Shown here in pieces: positions 1 through 13,644 of a DNA stretch of 64,000 bases. The stretch comes from Rhizodiscina lignyota (lineage: Eukaryota): NCBI GenBank assembly GCA_010015805.1, contig ML978146.1, positions 1 through 64,000 of the forward strand, given 5' to 3'. Below the pieces are notes generated by a model. The model did no database searches, was not told where the DNA came from, and worked only from the letters and a program-made list of their open reading frames with translations. Position 1 is the first letter of the stretch; each line of letters opens with the position of its first letter. The translations under genes were made by a program, and so were the position numbers.

Positions 1-360
1 GGGGGCGGAGCGGATATGCTCTTATTAAGATATGGGAACTGTTTTTGCGCTGAAGCTACACTTAAAATGGGCAAGTCCAAACCGGTGCGATAACTCACAT
101 GTCTTGATGGGAAAGAGGAACTTTAAAGTTTGGTCTGATTGATTGCGGAAACGTTCTGTATTGAATTGCTCAACGAAGCCCCGCATTTTCATAGTCCACA
201 GAAATCCACTCAGCATTGTGCCATTGCAGTTCGTCGTCATCAGCAGCTCATCAAATGTCATCATCCAATCAATCTCATGGCTTGCAAGTTGCCTCGTCCA
301 CAAACGCTACCCAAGAATCTCGAGAGCACGAAGTCACTCCAGAAGCGCTCTCATTGCCCT

Positions 361-751
361 CTATTTGCCGTCGCGGGAGTAGCTCGAGTATCCAGAACCG
401 CTATTGTAGTAGGTGCTACCATTCGGGTTGGAGTAGTAGTAGCTTCCATTCCTACAAAGCCAGTCAGTAAGTCATATCGTCAGACACACCATACGGGATG
501 GACACTCACGAGTTGGAGTAGTGGTACGAGTTCGAGTTGCTGGCGGAAGAGCCGTAGTCGCGAGAGCAGTAGTGGTTGCCCTTGAAGGAATACATTAGCG
601 AAAGGCTGAAGATAGATTGGGAGGAAACTGAGTTAGAGGTGTTTAAATGGGTGCTCACCTGGCTGTTCGTGCCGCTGCTAGTGACGGTGTAGCTGCCGCC
701 AGAGCCAGAGCCAGAGCCAGAGCCTGACGAGGAAGAGGAACCTTTAGTCAT
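361..751 (-). CDS. Small conserved fungal Ser/Gly/Tyr/Asn-rich protein of unknown function (3 exons: 751-659, 580-510, 451-361)
   Basis: GT-AG introns 658-581 and 509-452 join MTKGSSSSSGSGSG...GTNSQ / GNHYCSRDYGSSASNSNSYHYSNS / NGSYYYSNPNGSTYYNSGSGYSSYSRDGK*. The GNHYCSRDYG...YYYSNPNGSTYYN signature is one I recognise in fungal hypothetical proteins. Confidence 0.85.
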
Positions 752-1648
752 TTTGAAGTCTGAATGGATTCGTTTGACGAACTTCGAATTTGGTAGAAGG
801 TGTTCGAATAGAAAGAAGAGAAGAAAAGAAGAGAGCACGGGGAAGCAGTAAGATAAGGGCTGCGGAGTGTGTTTCGCAGGACGGGAGCTACTCCTAGAAC
901 AGAAAAGTGCGTGTCTGAACCGATGACATCGAGAGCCGCGGAGGACGAACATTAGGAGATGACTGAGACGGAAGAGTGCAGCGCGGAATGAGGAATGTCA
1001 TGTCGATGGATATTGGAGGGAAGCATGGCGTCTGCAATAGTTACCCAATTCGTACTATGATCTGCGTTGGACTGCGAAGTCCGACCAATGGCATTACAGT
1101 CACGACCCCTTTCGGGATGGGCGTGTTTGATTCGACGGGAGCGTATTCAACTTTTCATATCGATCATTGTCGCCGTCAAGTCGCAGAGTCCAAGAATACT
1201 GATGGCCTACCCACTTCCAGGAATATCCTCTTGATTCAACTATCCGTTCTCATCAATCGTATACACATGAGCTCACTGCGCTAAGCTGACATTAACAATT
1301 GGGGGCAGAGGCTTGCACCAGCCATCTCTCCAAGGAGCAGGTACTTGCGTTCTCCAATCAGATTAAAAGAAGGCTTCATCGCGTGCGGGTAATCTGTAAA
1401 TAGGAGGAGAAGAGGGAAACGAAGAGAGTTTTGAGGCCGTCAGTGCAATACCGCCATTTCGCATGCGCCAAGCCGATGAGGAATCGAAAGAGTAACGAAA
1501 ACAGGAAAGGGAGGCTCAGACGCCACGGAGAGGTTCTTCTTTTGTCTGCCCCCAGCAAGCCAAACCCATCCGCCCCTCCGATGCAAGAAAAACCTAGAAA
1601 TAACGCTTCGGCTCGCTTTTGTTGAAAAGAATTCTGTACAAGGACCGC

Positions 1649-3868
1649 TCACTCCTCAGCAGGCACGACCTCTACATGCTCCGCCTCCGCCGCATCCGTG
1701 GCTTGCGCAAAAACCGCGGCCTCCCCTTTCGAAGTCTTTTCAAGGTCAGGGGATGAAACCATATCCAGCGGCGCAGCATGCAGCGCCGGCTTCGCACTCT
1801 TGCCCATCTTCCCGCTGCGTCGCCTCTCAATTGCTGTTTTGACCCAGTCGGCGATTTCCTTGTCGACGACGCCGCTGGGCATCTCTTCGAACGTGGCGGC
1901 CGAGACGGAGCCATCGGACTCAGTGGATGGGGTTATGCTATCCTCGTCCTCCTCTATGATCGGGGAGGGCTTCAGCAGCGGGGCGAGCCAGGCATGCTGG
2001 AGAAGCATGGCGTAGGTGGGGCGTAGCTTGGGGATTTTGTTCAGGCAGCCGGAGACGAAATTGCGCGCCGCTTCTGAGTAATGTTCCGTTGGTAGATCTG
2101 GAGGTTCACCGTCGACGATTGCCTTTCATATTATCAGCTGATTTACTTTAACAATGTAGGAATGAAGGAATAGGGGACTGACGCTAAGTTGTGAGAAGAT
2201 GTTGTTGTAAGTCTCTGGAGGGTATGGATATCTTCCCATTGCGCACTCGATGATCGTTAGACCCAAGGACCAGATGTCGCTCTGCACGCTGTACGTGCCG
2301 CCGACTGCAGTTGCGCCTGCTTGCGCCATGCCACCAGAACTGATGCGCTCTGGTGCCATGTAACTTTGGCAGCCGATGTTCGTCTTCGCTATGCTTGCCA
2401 CTAGGTTTCCGGAGACGCCAAAATCGCAGATTTTGACTTGACCCCTGCTATTCACGAGAATATTTGTGGGCTTGACGTCTCGATGTATGATGTTGTGTTC
2501 GTCCTTCAGCGACTTCAGACCCAATACTGTGGAGAGTGTAATCTTTCGAAGGACGCCTTCTGGCACACCGTCGCCATAAAGTTTGTCAACGGAACCGCCG
2601 TCCATGAATTCCATGCAGATGTACACAGCTCCTTCTTGGAAGAATGCGCCGTAGAAGTCGATTATGTAAGGGCTGGCGCATCGATGGAGGATGTCTAGCT
2701 CCATTATGATGGCGGCAAACTTCGCTTCGTCGAGCTCTAACCTGATCTCCTTCATGGCCATGATGACACCTGAGGTGCCATCGGTGGTCTTCGCTGTTGG
2801 ACTGGAGTCCCTGCCTTCATCTGCAGGAAAGCTCGGAGATTGCTGAACATGCGTAGTTGATGGATGTGCCTTGTTGCCTGCTAGCCCAAGGCCTGGTCGA
2901 CGGACCTTGGGTCTGCTATGTCTAACCTTGTATACAGTACCGTAGTTGCCTTTGCCCAGCTCATCAAGAGTGTCGACTTCGTCCAGCGAAATGCTAAAGC
3001 TCGTACCGCCTGCAAACTTCACTCCATGCGAGTCCAAAATGGCTTTTCCTTTGAACTTGAGACTGCCCGTCTTTGTATCGAGATACTCCGCATATTTGTC
3101 CAGCGCAGTTTCTTGCTTCTTCGGCGGCGCTCCGGGGCCTGCTGCTGCATCGGTAGGACCAGCGTTCATTTGCGACAAGGTGAAGCCCGGCTTCTTCCTC
3201 CCGCCTGCAGGAGGAGCGTTGGCCTGAGGTGATGATCCAGGCAGACCGCCAGGTAGTTTCAATCCCCTCTTCTCTGCCAGTGACAATTTCTGGCCAACAG
3301 CTGCATGCGGAACTTCTGGCGCCGAAGCCACATGAGAAATGTGCGGCTTTGCCATGCCATTGGGAAGTTTGAAGTTTGCTGGGACACCTCCAACGCCCAT
3401 TCCGCCTGATCCAGTAATTGGACTTGCAGGAACAAATCCACCAGCCGCACCACCTGGTGCTTGTCCCGTAGCATTATGTACAGAGCCCATGGAGGGTGGT
3501 TGCGATCTGGAAGGCATGGGGGGAGCGCCTTGACGGCCCAAGCGGAAGTTCTTCAGCCTCTCTTGTATGTCCAGTGGCGCATTGACACCGCCTCTACTCG
3601 AGAACGATGGTACTGGCGCAGGTCGCCGGGCAGCATTCAGATTCCCAAGTGGAGTGGAGGAGGGAGTCATGCCTGCGGTGGTGGCGCTCTCGGAAGAGGA
3701 TCGAGAATTGAGCCGCGGAGGGTCGAGAGCTGTGATGGGCGATGTGGTGGACATGTTGGAAGGATTGGAGGGGGAACTCGGAGCAGGGAGGGAGGGAGAG
3801 GAAGGGCGTTCTGCGGATGTATTATCTATCGCGCGCGTCGTGTCTGGCGGCGGAGTCGTCGTACTCAT
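1649..3868 (-). CDS. PBS2: MAP kinase kinase PBS2/Wis1 (HOG pathway); intron 2182-2123
   Basis: ELGKGNYGTV, MAMKEIRLELDE, HRDVKPTN, DFGVSGNLVASIAKTNIGCQSYMAPER. The spliced C-terminus continues AIVDGEPPDLP...RPTYAMLLQHAWL. Confidence 0.95.
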
Positions 3869-5150
3869 AACGGCCTCTGGGTGATCAGTCAGGATAGCGT
3901 TAGATGCAGCCAGCTGACTAGTCTTCCAAGGTTTCCAGGGTGGAGCAGAGCTTCTTGAGAAGGGGATGAGCGGAAACGATGTGTGAGCTCGTGAACTTGA
4001 AGGAAAGGACGCTCGAAGGGAGGAGCTGAGGACGGGAGAGAGGATAGGGAGGCTTGTTTTTGGGTGTTGCAGTAGGGAGGAATCGATATGCGATCTGCGC
4101 GAATGAGGGCCCCTCCGTCAGTGGCGGTGCGGATCGAGTGTCAAGCGGACAGTGGCCGGAGCTCACGGTGGGCAGTCCAGACTTTGCAGACTCGACTCGC
4201 TACCACGGCATATCCCAAAGTTCTGCAGCCGATGTTGGAAGTTCCGAGGCAGGCTATTCCATTGCGAGCAAAGAAAACGCGTGGGACTGCTGGGTTCGGA
4301 GGTGCTCCGAGGACTTTCTTTCGTCGCTGCGGCGTCACCGTACGGCTGCAGTGGGGCGCAGCAGTTCGTGCAGGCACGGACTGATTGGACGTTGAGCAGT
4401 AAACAATGGAGCTCGTGTGTAGGAGCGAAAAGAGGTTGTGAGAACAACGCGATGATGTCGTCGTGCGAGGGTCGTGCTGGGGAGAAGTTGGAAGTGGTCG
4501 AAGCGAACAAGTTGGCGTCTGGCGCATTTCTTGATGCCCATCGCCCTCACGATCGACGATTATGGCTGCATCGAAAAGCCGCCTTGGACGTGTGCGCTAG
4601 CCCGAAGCAGCCTTTGGTTTCATTCATTACGGCGCCGCATGCATGTGAAGCCCTCCTACTGCCATATCACGCGCAGGAGCAGAACGCCTCCGAGCAGACC
4701 GAGTAGAGCTTTAATGTTTTGCTCCTGGCAGTTCAATAGTGTGAGAGTGACCTGATGCTCCTGTCTCTCGCACGACAGCAGAAATCCCATAGTTCAGTCC
4801 TTCCACTGCCGCTCTGCACTCTGATAGCGAATAGCGAGCATTAGTAAGACTGCGTAACGTACCAGCCCGCCAACGTGGGCAGCTTCCAGCCAAACAGGAC
4901 TTATCGCTGGTACACGCGTAAAAGCAACGACGTATCTTCCCCTCCCACCTAGCAGACTCTGTCCATATCTTCATGAGAATGGGCTGTATACCTCAGGCGA
5001 CGAGGTAGACGGCCTCTGCTGGTCGTGTCCTCACTCACCCTAATCTAACGTCACATCCAAGCTCCTCTGCCAGCGCACGCCTGGTCGCCGCCCCGAATTC
5101 GACGTCGTACACAGCCCAGTTGTGACTCTCAACGGCCATCTACGTTCAAG

Positions 5151-7046
5151 ATGCCTTGGTCCATAACTCCTTCACCCCTCCGCGTCGCAAGGCTCGCTCG
5201 CGACGTCGTGCAAGATCCAATGCTGGCTACCGAAACTGCGTCACCCTTCATACTTTCGGCGGCTATGGATGCCCTCAAGAATGCAGGTGACGGACCACAC
5301 TCGTCACACCCGGACTTTGGCCATCTCTGTCTCCTTGTCTTTGAAGCTGTTCTGGAAGTCTGCGTGGTCGCCGCTCCAGGCTATATTCTCGCTCGGCAAG
5401 GCGGATTCTCAGCAGAGCAGCAGTCTTACCTATCAAAGATCAACATCGCTGTCTTCACACCATGCCTCATCTTCAGCAAACTTGCATCGCAGCTTACGGC
5501 GGAGAAGCTCATCGAATTGGCCGTCATCCCTTTCATCTTTGCCGTACAGACATTCGTTTCTTGGGCATGCTCGCAGATCGTGGCGAGACTAATTTTCAAG
5601 TTCGAGAAGCGACCGCGCAATTTTGTCACGGCAATGGCGGTATGTGGATATATAACTCTCTTTCAGGCAGAGAGGCTAATCCGTCCAGGTCTTCGGCAAT
5701 TCCAACTCCCTCCCAATCTCCCTCGTCATCTCCCTCTCCAAAACGCTCTCCGGCCTCCATTGGGATAAAATACCTGGCGATAACGACAATGAGGTGGCAG
5801 CACGTGGCATCTTGTATCTGCTCATTTTCCAGCAGCTGGGTCAGGTCGTTAGATGGAGCTGGGGATACAACGTGCTGTTAGCTCCACCAAAGAACGATCA
5901 CGAGACTCCGCCTCCAGGCTCATATCGGGATGAGGACAGCGATGCCGCATCTGGCCGCCTGGTGGAATTCTCATCGGACGACGAGAGTGATATCGAGCAA
6001 GGAAAGGCCCACAAACATGCAAATGGCAACGGCATGGCGCCGAATGGGGGCCACACGGTCTCGACATCCGTGTCTAATTCTGGAACTCTAACTCCTGGCG
6101 ACATGAGTCCAACAGTTATCCGTGGCGCAGCTCTCGGCACAGACCCATCTCCGAATGGAAACCTTGGCCCTCACCTCAGCGGACAACACGAGGATCCAGA
6201 GGATACGGTCACGTTCAGAAGACATTACAATGAACAGTACCAACAAGAAGAATTCTCATCAGGACCCGCAGGCTGGTGGCAGCGTTTCAGAGCTGCTGTT
6301 TGCAAATGTTGGAACAGAGTTGCATTATTCATCAAGAGCATCGCCGAGAAGCTTTTCTCCTCTCTGCCGAAGCCTGTGCAGAAGTTCCTTTCGGCTTTCA
6401 ATCGATACTTCTCCATTGTCTGGAACAAATTTCTGGACGTAATGAATCCTCCTCTCTGGGCGATGCTGTCGGCTATTATTGTCGCCTCCGTACCTGGTCT
6501 GCAGCACCTCTTCTACACGAAAGGCACCTTCATTAACAACTCTGTCTCGCATGCCATCGGCCAGTCGGGCGGCGTTGCTGTTCCCTTAATCCTATTCGTC
6601 CTAGGAGGAAACCTGGCGCGAAACACACTACCGAAGGCCTCGGACCAAGCGATCGATACCGAAGATCCGAAAGAAGAGCGCAATGTTCTCATTGCGGCTC
6701 TTGTGAGCCGAATGCTCCTCCCTACAATATTCATGGCGCCCCTCTTAGCTCTCACGGCGAAGTACGTGCCTGTTTCCATCTTGGACGATCCAATTTTCGT
6801 GATTGTCTGCTTCCTCCTGACCGGCGCTCCGTCGGCGTTGCAGCTCGCACAGATCTGCCAGGTGAATGGCGTGTACATGGGAGCGATGAGCAGGCTGCTC
6901 TTCCAGAGCTACGTTGTCTGGTACGTTCACAGCATTTGCTTTTTGGTGGTCGCTTCGCTAACCCGCATTTCAGGATCCTTCCGAGCACACTCATCCTTGT
7001 CATGCTCGCGCTAGAAACAGTCGAGTGGGCAACAGGGCAGTACTAA
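5151..7046 (+). CDS. Auxin efflux carrier (Mem_trans) family membrane transporter; introns 5640-5688, 6921-6973
   Basis: FTPCLIFSKL, spliced VFGNSNSLP, GILYLLIFQQLGQ, MNPPLWAM, VPLILFVLGGNL, APSALQLAQI; many hydrophobic helices. Confidence 0.9.
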
Positions 7047-7687
7047 AGTCGATCTTTGAGCAACGAGTTTCCTTGCACGTGCTTCGGTCTGTACAAATAA
7101 TGGCGTCGCTGGGCATGGCGGAGCGCGTGGCGCGGGTAAATGTGGGCTAGGGCAAGGGAGGACTAGGCTGTCGGCGGACGATCGATCGATCGCCACACAT
7201 TCAAATCCATGTACCAAAAGTGTGATGATAACGTAGCCCTGCAAATGTACAAATAATCCCAATGCAAAGCCAGGTCATCGCCAGTGCAAGTGAAAAGACG
7301 GTGAAAAGCGTTCGTAATACGACAGCCTGTCGCGGGTGGTTGCTGCAAGCATGTGCGCCTGCACGCGACCAAGGCCCGGTTTTGCGCGGGCGAGCAAAAG
7401 TTGGCCACTCGAGACCGCACACTGATATCACTTCGCCTTCCCACCTTATCAGCCCTACACTCTACTTAACACGCCGAAAGAGCTTGGGACGTGGTCAATC
7501 GGGCACGCACTCGACCGAACCGCCCTGATATCTCTCGCCGGCGCCGACTTCGCGCCGCTGCACACCTATCTCCATATTCCGCTCTCGTTGTACAGCCTCC
7601 ACGCTCCTCCCCACGCAATCATCATCTGCACGCGACCACCTTCCGCTATCCCCACGTCAGATACCAGATTCATCGAGTACGCACAGC

Positions 7688-10600
7688 ATGGCCGAGAATG
7701 TCCTTCCAATCAAGCCTCCGGACCGGGCCGGCATCCTAACTTCGCGAGGTGGAGATGGTGGAGAGGGTGGTGATGTTCAATCACCTCGGACTGGAGGAAC
7801 GAAAGGTATGTGGGGGTTTCTGTTGCTCAAACTTGGCCTTGCGTCCGCTGTCCCAAAGACGATTCGAGTCTGGGCTCCACAGAAATTCGCTGTCTATTTA
7901 ATGGGCCGCTTCTAAGTCTTACTTCTGACTCTTTCAACTGATTTTGCTTCCGGTCCTTTCATATTTCGACATCTACTCAGACTTGAGTTTATGCTGCTGC
8001 CTATTCACACCTCCTTCCAACCACCATGATGATGTCCCTTCAGACTCCGACTCACTCTCCCATTCATCATCCCTTCCCATGGGACAGGTTTAACTTCGTC
8101 ATCCCTTCTATTGATCCAACGCCTAACAACTCTCCAGCCGTCTCCATCGTCGAGCCAGAAGGCATATCCCCCATGATGCTCGGCGAGACCAAGTACATCG
8201 CTGATGACTTCAACCTTGATCGTTCTGTGCCCAAGCAGCACCGCGCCAAAGTCGCCAGCAAGCTGAAGGGGCGCAAGTCCATCGAGCGTATGACTAGTCC
8301 GCGCCTCACGGCACAGCGGTCATTGGAGAGTCCGCGGCTGACGAAACAGGAGCTTACCGCGTCTCCGGGAATGCTTCCCAGCTACCCGCAGAGCAGCTAC
8401 CCGCAGAGTTCTGGCCGAAGCGATGTCAGCGTGAGCACGTCCAGAAGCAGGCAGTACAGTGCGGGGCGGGAGTTGCATGCCCAGATCAGCGCGTGGTTGG
8501 AGCATGAGAAGCAGCGGAGAGCGGAGGCGAAGGCGAAGAAAGAAGAGACAACTGCTCCATTTAAGCCCTCTGATATCCTTGCAAAGAAAACTGATGCCTC
8601 TCCCAAGCTTACCACAGATGAAGCTCGCGGTAACAGATCTCGACGTGCGTCTGGTGCATCCGAGTCGCATGATGCTCTGGAGGAACTTCAGGATATTCTG
8701 GGCCGATATATGACCCTGGAAGCGCAGGAGTCGTTTCATGGCTTCAGAGGTTCGAGAGGTCCGAGTCGGAGATCATCCGTGAAGAAATTGCGGAGACAGT
8801 CTACTGCTTATTCCTCAGATACAGACTATTTTGATGGGGAGCCAATCATTCCCAGCTGCGACGCATGGCTCGACAATAGCAAGACCCTCGCCTATTCCGG
8901 CGGCACTACTGAAGCACCAAGCGACTCACCGAACCTCACCAGGAGATCCAAGGAAAAGCAAGCCTGGACCACGTTCAAGTACGAGATTGTTCGGCTTACG
9001 CACACTCTCCGTCTCAAAGGATGGCGCCGCGTCTCAATGGAACACAGCCACGAGATTGAAGTCGAACGCCTCAGCGGTGCTCTCACAAACGCAGTCTACG
9101 TGGTTTCACCGCCAAAGGATATGTCGCATCATACGTCGAAAGTTGAAGTAGACAAAGACTCTGGCGCTACCTCCCAGCCCAAGGAAAAAGTCGAAAGCAC
9201 CCATCGCCGACCTCCACCAAAACTGCTGCTTCGCATCTACGGGCCGCAAGTGGATCACCTCATCGACCGCGTCAGCGAACTTGCTATTCTCCGCCGTTTG
9301 GGCCGCAAGAATATTGGTCCGCGGCTCTTGGGCACTTTTACGAATGGCCGCTTCGAGCAGTTTCTGGATTCAAAAACGCTGAAACCAAATGATTTGAGAG
9401 TTCCGGAGACGAGTCGCCAGATCGCGAAGCGTATGAAAGAGCTGCATGAGGGAATTGATTTGACGGATGAAGAGAGGCAAGGTGGCCCGTTTGTTTGGAA
9501 GAATTGGGATAAGTGGCTTGAGAGATGTGAGGTGGTTGTTAAGTGGGTGGATGGACAGCAAGCGCTCGCGAGGGAGAGGAGACCGAGTTTGGTGAGGAGA
9601 GGCAGTCAAATCGGTGATGAGCTGGTTTGCGGCGTTGAGTGGGATGTCTTCCGGCAGACTGTGGAAAAGTACAAGCGCTGGTTGGAGGAGAAGTACGGTG
9701 GGAAAGAGAAGTTGAAGGAGCGTTTGGTCTTTGCGCACAACGACGTAAGAATAAATTCTCATCTCCAGTCACTCTTCCGGCTTAATTCAAATCAAAAACT
9801 AACAAATTGTGCAGACTCAATACGGAAACATCCTCCGTCTTCAGCCTCCCGGCGACTCCCCCCTCCTGAAGCCCTCAAACCAGCACAAACAGCTCGTCGT
9901 TATCGACTTCGAGTACGCAAACGCCAACACTCCCGGTCTCGAATTTGCCAACCACTTCACGGAATGGTGCTACGATTACCACGACAAACTCGCGCCCTTC
10001 GCGTGCAGCACGGCCCGCTACCCGACGCCTGAAGAGCAGTACCGTTTCGTGAAAGCGTATGTTTTGCATCGGCCGAGCTTCTTGCCGGTGAAGAGCGACA
10101 CTCCCGCGAGTACCCCCGGGCTTGAACCTAGGAAGGTAGGGAGCGAAGCCAAGCTGGGGCAGAGTTTTAGTATGGGCAGTACGAGTAGTCTTGCGGGTTT
10201 CATGCTCGATGCTCGGACGCCGGGAGCGACGCCCGGCGCGCTAGGCCCAGATCTGGAAAAAATCGCAGAAGAAGAGGAGAAAAGAGTAGAGAAGGAGGTG
10301 AAGAAGCTGCTGAAGGAGACGAAGATGTGGCGCCTCGCCAACTCGGCGATGTGGGTTGCCTGGGGCATCGTGCAGGCCAAAGTTGAGGGAATGCCCGAGG
10401 ACGACCCCGCCTCTGCTGTGAATGGTGAGACTGAACACACGAATGGCGGAGCAATGGTGCCGAATTCCGATCCGCTGAGCCCGGAAGCGAAAGACATGGT
10501 GAACGATCTGAAGGACAAGAGGCCTGATGAGATGCGTTCCGACGAGGCGGAGGACGGCGACGAGGATGAATTTGACTATCTGGCCTATGCACATGAACGG

Positions 10601-10699
10601 GCATTGTTCTTCTGGGGCGATGCGATTCAGGCGGGCCTTGTGAAGGAGGAGCAGTTGCCGGAGGCGTTGAGGAGGAAGGTTAAGGCCGTGGAGTATTAG
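7688..10699 (+). CDS. CKI1: Choline/ethanolamine kinase; introns 7806-8137, 9745-9814
   Basis: RLSGALTNAVY, LLLRIYG, spliced Brenner motif FAHNDTQYGNIL, VIDFEYA, EFANHFTEW. The short first exon joins in frame (TK-AVSIVEPE) via GTATGT...CTAAC...CAG. Confidence 0.9.
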
Positions 10700-11099
10700 C
10701 TTTGCTTATGGGTGCTCTGTTTACGAGGTTTACGAGGGTTTTACGGGATTTGCGTGGATGTCTGAAGAAATTGCTACATTTCGCTTTTCGGGTCAGGGTG
10801 CTTCAACGACAGTTTCTGGGGAGGGTAAATCGCGACGAGGATACATGACCAATGCTCGGATGGTTGTCTGGACTAGTTTTTAGGTAGCGGGTTTCAACAC
10901 ATCGGTGGACTTTAAATTGTGAGCGTAACAGCGATAGTTCAATGCGTTTAATTAAACAGGAATATCTCTCTAGACAGCCTACCGTGGTACAGAATCTGCG
11001 TATCCGCCTTGCCATGGCTTGGGTGTCACAGTGGGTATCGTGCGCTTTTTGTAGGTTTCGTACGTCATAACTTCTCTGATCTCGGGGTCGCACAAGATT

Positions 11100-11930
11100 A
11101 TGACTATTGATTCTATTAATATTGGGATCTCTTATGCAGCATCAGACAGCTCTTACCGTCCCATGAGCCGTTCTTAAGCTTCGTCGACCAAACGGAACAC
11201 TTTCGCCTTGCTAGGTAGTGGGAGTAAAGAAAAGAAAAATTGACGATATTCTAGATTATGAGAGGACGAATTAGAATTAGTATAGGTTTCTTATCTAGAA
11301 CATGCTGAACTATAGCTTACACTGGCCTATAATTAAATCCTTAAATAGCCTCTAGCTACTGAAAACCTAAGTCTGCCTACTTTGTAGAAGCTTACCATTA
11401 CACGTATAGATACGTGCATTATTAAATTTATATTAGGAGGTAGCGCTGCTCGTGTCTTTAAGCACCTATAAAAACCTAGGGAACGTGTAGCGGGTAGGGA
11501 AAGTAGGTAGAGAGTAGCTATTATATCTATTTTTATAATTTTAACTCTAAAGTATATCTTTTACATTAATATCATAACTACGTCTAACGCCTAATAATAG
11601 TTCTCTCTTTACTCTATAGATCTTTCCTATAATATAAATAAAGATGGATACGTATACTATAAGTACTCTACCTTAGTTATTAAATAGCCTAGTAGATTGT
11701 CAGTTATCTAAGGATAAGAGAAAAATATAAACTTAAATATATAGGTGGGGGCCTGGATAGGAAGTACACAGTGCGAGATAAAGTAATAAATCCTAACCAT
11801 TTCACAAGGCGAAGTTAACAAGGCTGAGGCATGCATCATACCAAATATAATGCCAAAATGATTAATTGGCTATGCCTCCTGTTCGACGTAAGTTTAATTA
11901 ATTTGCAAACTTATTAATAAAATATATACA
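11100..11930. repeat. AT-rich, TpA-enriched (RIP-like) degenerate repeat DNA at the left edge of the accessory island
   Basis: Abrupt drop in GC, dense TA dinucleotides, no ORFs. Confidence 0.75.
11350..11394 (+). repeat. Left arm of a 45-bp inverted repeat (partner 16417-16461)
   Basis: ctctagctactgaaaacctaagtctgcctactttgtagaagctta vs reverse complement of 16417-16461 (ctctagctactaaaatcctaagtctgcctactttatagaaactta): 41/45 identical. Confidence 0.9.
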
Positions 11931-12028
11931 GCGAAATATCATTGACTGGCTTGCGGACCTGCAGTGCGCAAAGTGGATGCGCTGACCTTCATTGCTTTTC
12001 AGCGTTGGGTTGATACACCTCGCACCGG

Positions 12029-13644
12029 TCAATGCGACTGCTTCTCCTTGTCTGCAGTCTTTTGCCTCTCCTTCTTCTCTGCATCCCTCCTCCACGCACC
12101 TCCAAATTTCCACTGCACGGCCACCCCCAATAGCGCAACTACTTGGACAATTGCACAAATTGTAAATGCCAACCCAACTCCAATGCCATTCACCATGGGC
12201 ATGATGAAACTTGTGCCACCAGCGGCGAACAAGCATCTGGCTAGATTGAGGCTCGCACTTGCGGCAGCACTTCGATCGTGAAAGACGTCGACGAGGTAGG
12301 TCATGATTACAGACTGCGTGGAGATGGCGGTCCAACCGGTGATGAAGGTCGATATAATAGGAACTGCGATATGGACACGATGAGGATATTGAATGGTCCA
12401 GCCGAAAAGAATAATGGACAGGCATTGAAAGAGGGAGAAAAGAGGGACAAGTCGAAGGCGCGCCTTTTCGAGCGGAAAATCATCTTCCTCACCACTGGCG
12501 GAGTGGACCATGTCGTTGCCCGTTTCGATGTCAGATGGGGTTGATCGAGCCTCATGCTTGGTTTTGACGCGACGGTAATCGATGTCAAGGATTTTCCCAG
12601 TGACAAGTGTACCGATCATGGAGCCCGCGCCATTGGCAATGAATGTCAGACCGATTTGGATTTCACCGAGGCCATAGCGTTCTTGAAAGAGAGATGACAT
12701 TGCGGTGATGCTCATTTGCCAGACAGCGTAGTAGATGGCGAGGAAGACGATGATGGGCGCTGCGTGTTTACTGATAAGGATACGGAATGGGCCTGTGATG
12801 TCGATGTATTTTCTTGCGGCAGGCTGTGGTGGATCTGCATCCCGATTCCACTGTACCTTGGTGAACTTTTGATAGAGAAACAGAGGATATCTGGCTATTG
12901 GACTTGACGGCACGCGGCCTCCGTTCGCAACGATCGACCTCAGTGTTTCTGGAAGGAGGACAATCAGTAGTAGCAGGAAGGCGCCGCTGTAAATTGTGAG
13001 GAACCAAAAGATTGATCTCCAGCCTAGCGATCCAGCAATGGCACCTCCGATAATTGGGCCAATGGCAACAGGTGCGAGCAACCCTGCCTGAAAAATTCCC
13101 ATGAGGCCTCCGCGCTCAGCACGAGTGGTAATATCTCCGATCACACCGGACCCGATTGCGATCGTACTCGCACTGCCGGTACTTTGTAGGCATCTTAGCA
13201 CTATCAGAGTGGCGTAGTTTTTCGACTCTGCCAGGCCGATGCATGCGCTAAAAAATACAAGAAAGGTGAAGCAGTATGCGATTCGGCGTCCTTTCACATC
13301 AGATATCGGACCCCAGAGACTCGGCGCTACACCTTGGAAAATCAGGTATGATGTCACTGTAAGGTTGACCAGCTCCACTGATACATTTAGATCGTGGGCA
13401 ATGGTGGGGAGTGCGGGAAAGTAAATGTTTGACGCAAAGCCGGAAACTGTTTCCACATGAGCTGGTCAAGAACAAAATAACGGCAATAATTGTATGCTCA
13501 CATTGCAGCGGTCGAAACAATAAGGACAATCAAGGCCTTTTGTCGTTTGTCGAAGATGCTGTAAGGTTCTTCCGGAGCTGGTGCTGTTGGAGTTCCTGAA
13601 TCAACTACTGCGGTTTGTTCAGGCTGGTCTCCAATGGTCATCAT
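12029..13644 (-). CDS. MFS drug:H+ antiporter (DHA1, QDR-like); the exon1/exon2 junction appears frameshifted
   Basis: Exon 1 EEPYSIFDKRQKALIVLIVSTAA; exon 2 SGFASNIYFPALP, GPISDVKGRR, GDITTRAERG, GPIIGGAIAGSLGWRSIFW, FPLEKARL. Confidence 0.88.

Noticed and set aside
7806..8137. Intronic C/D snoRNA in the long choline kinase intron (ATGATGA near 8026)
   Set aside because: No downstream CTGA D box or terminal stem before the acceptor.
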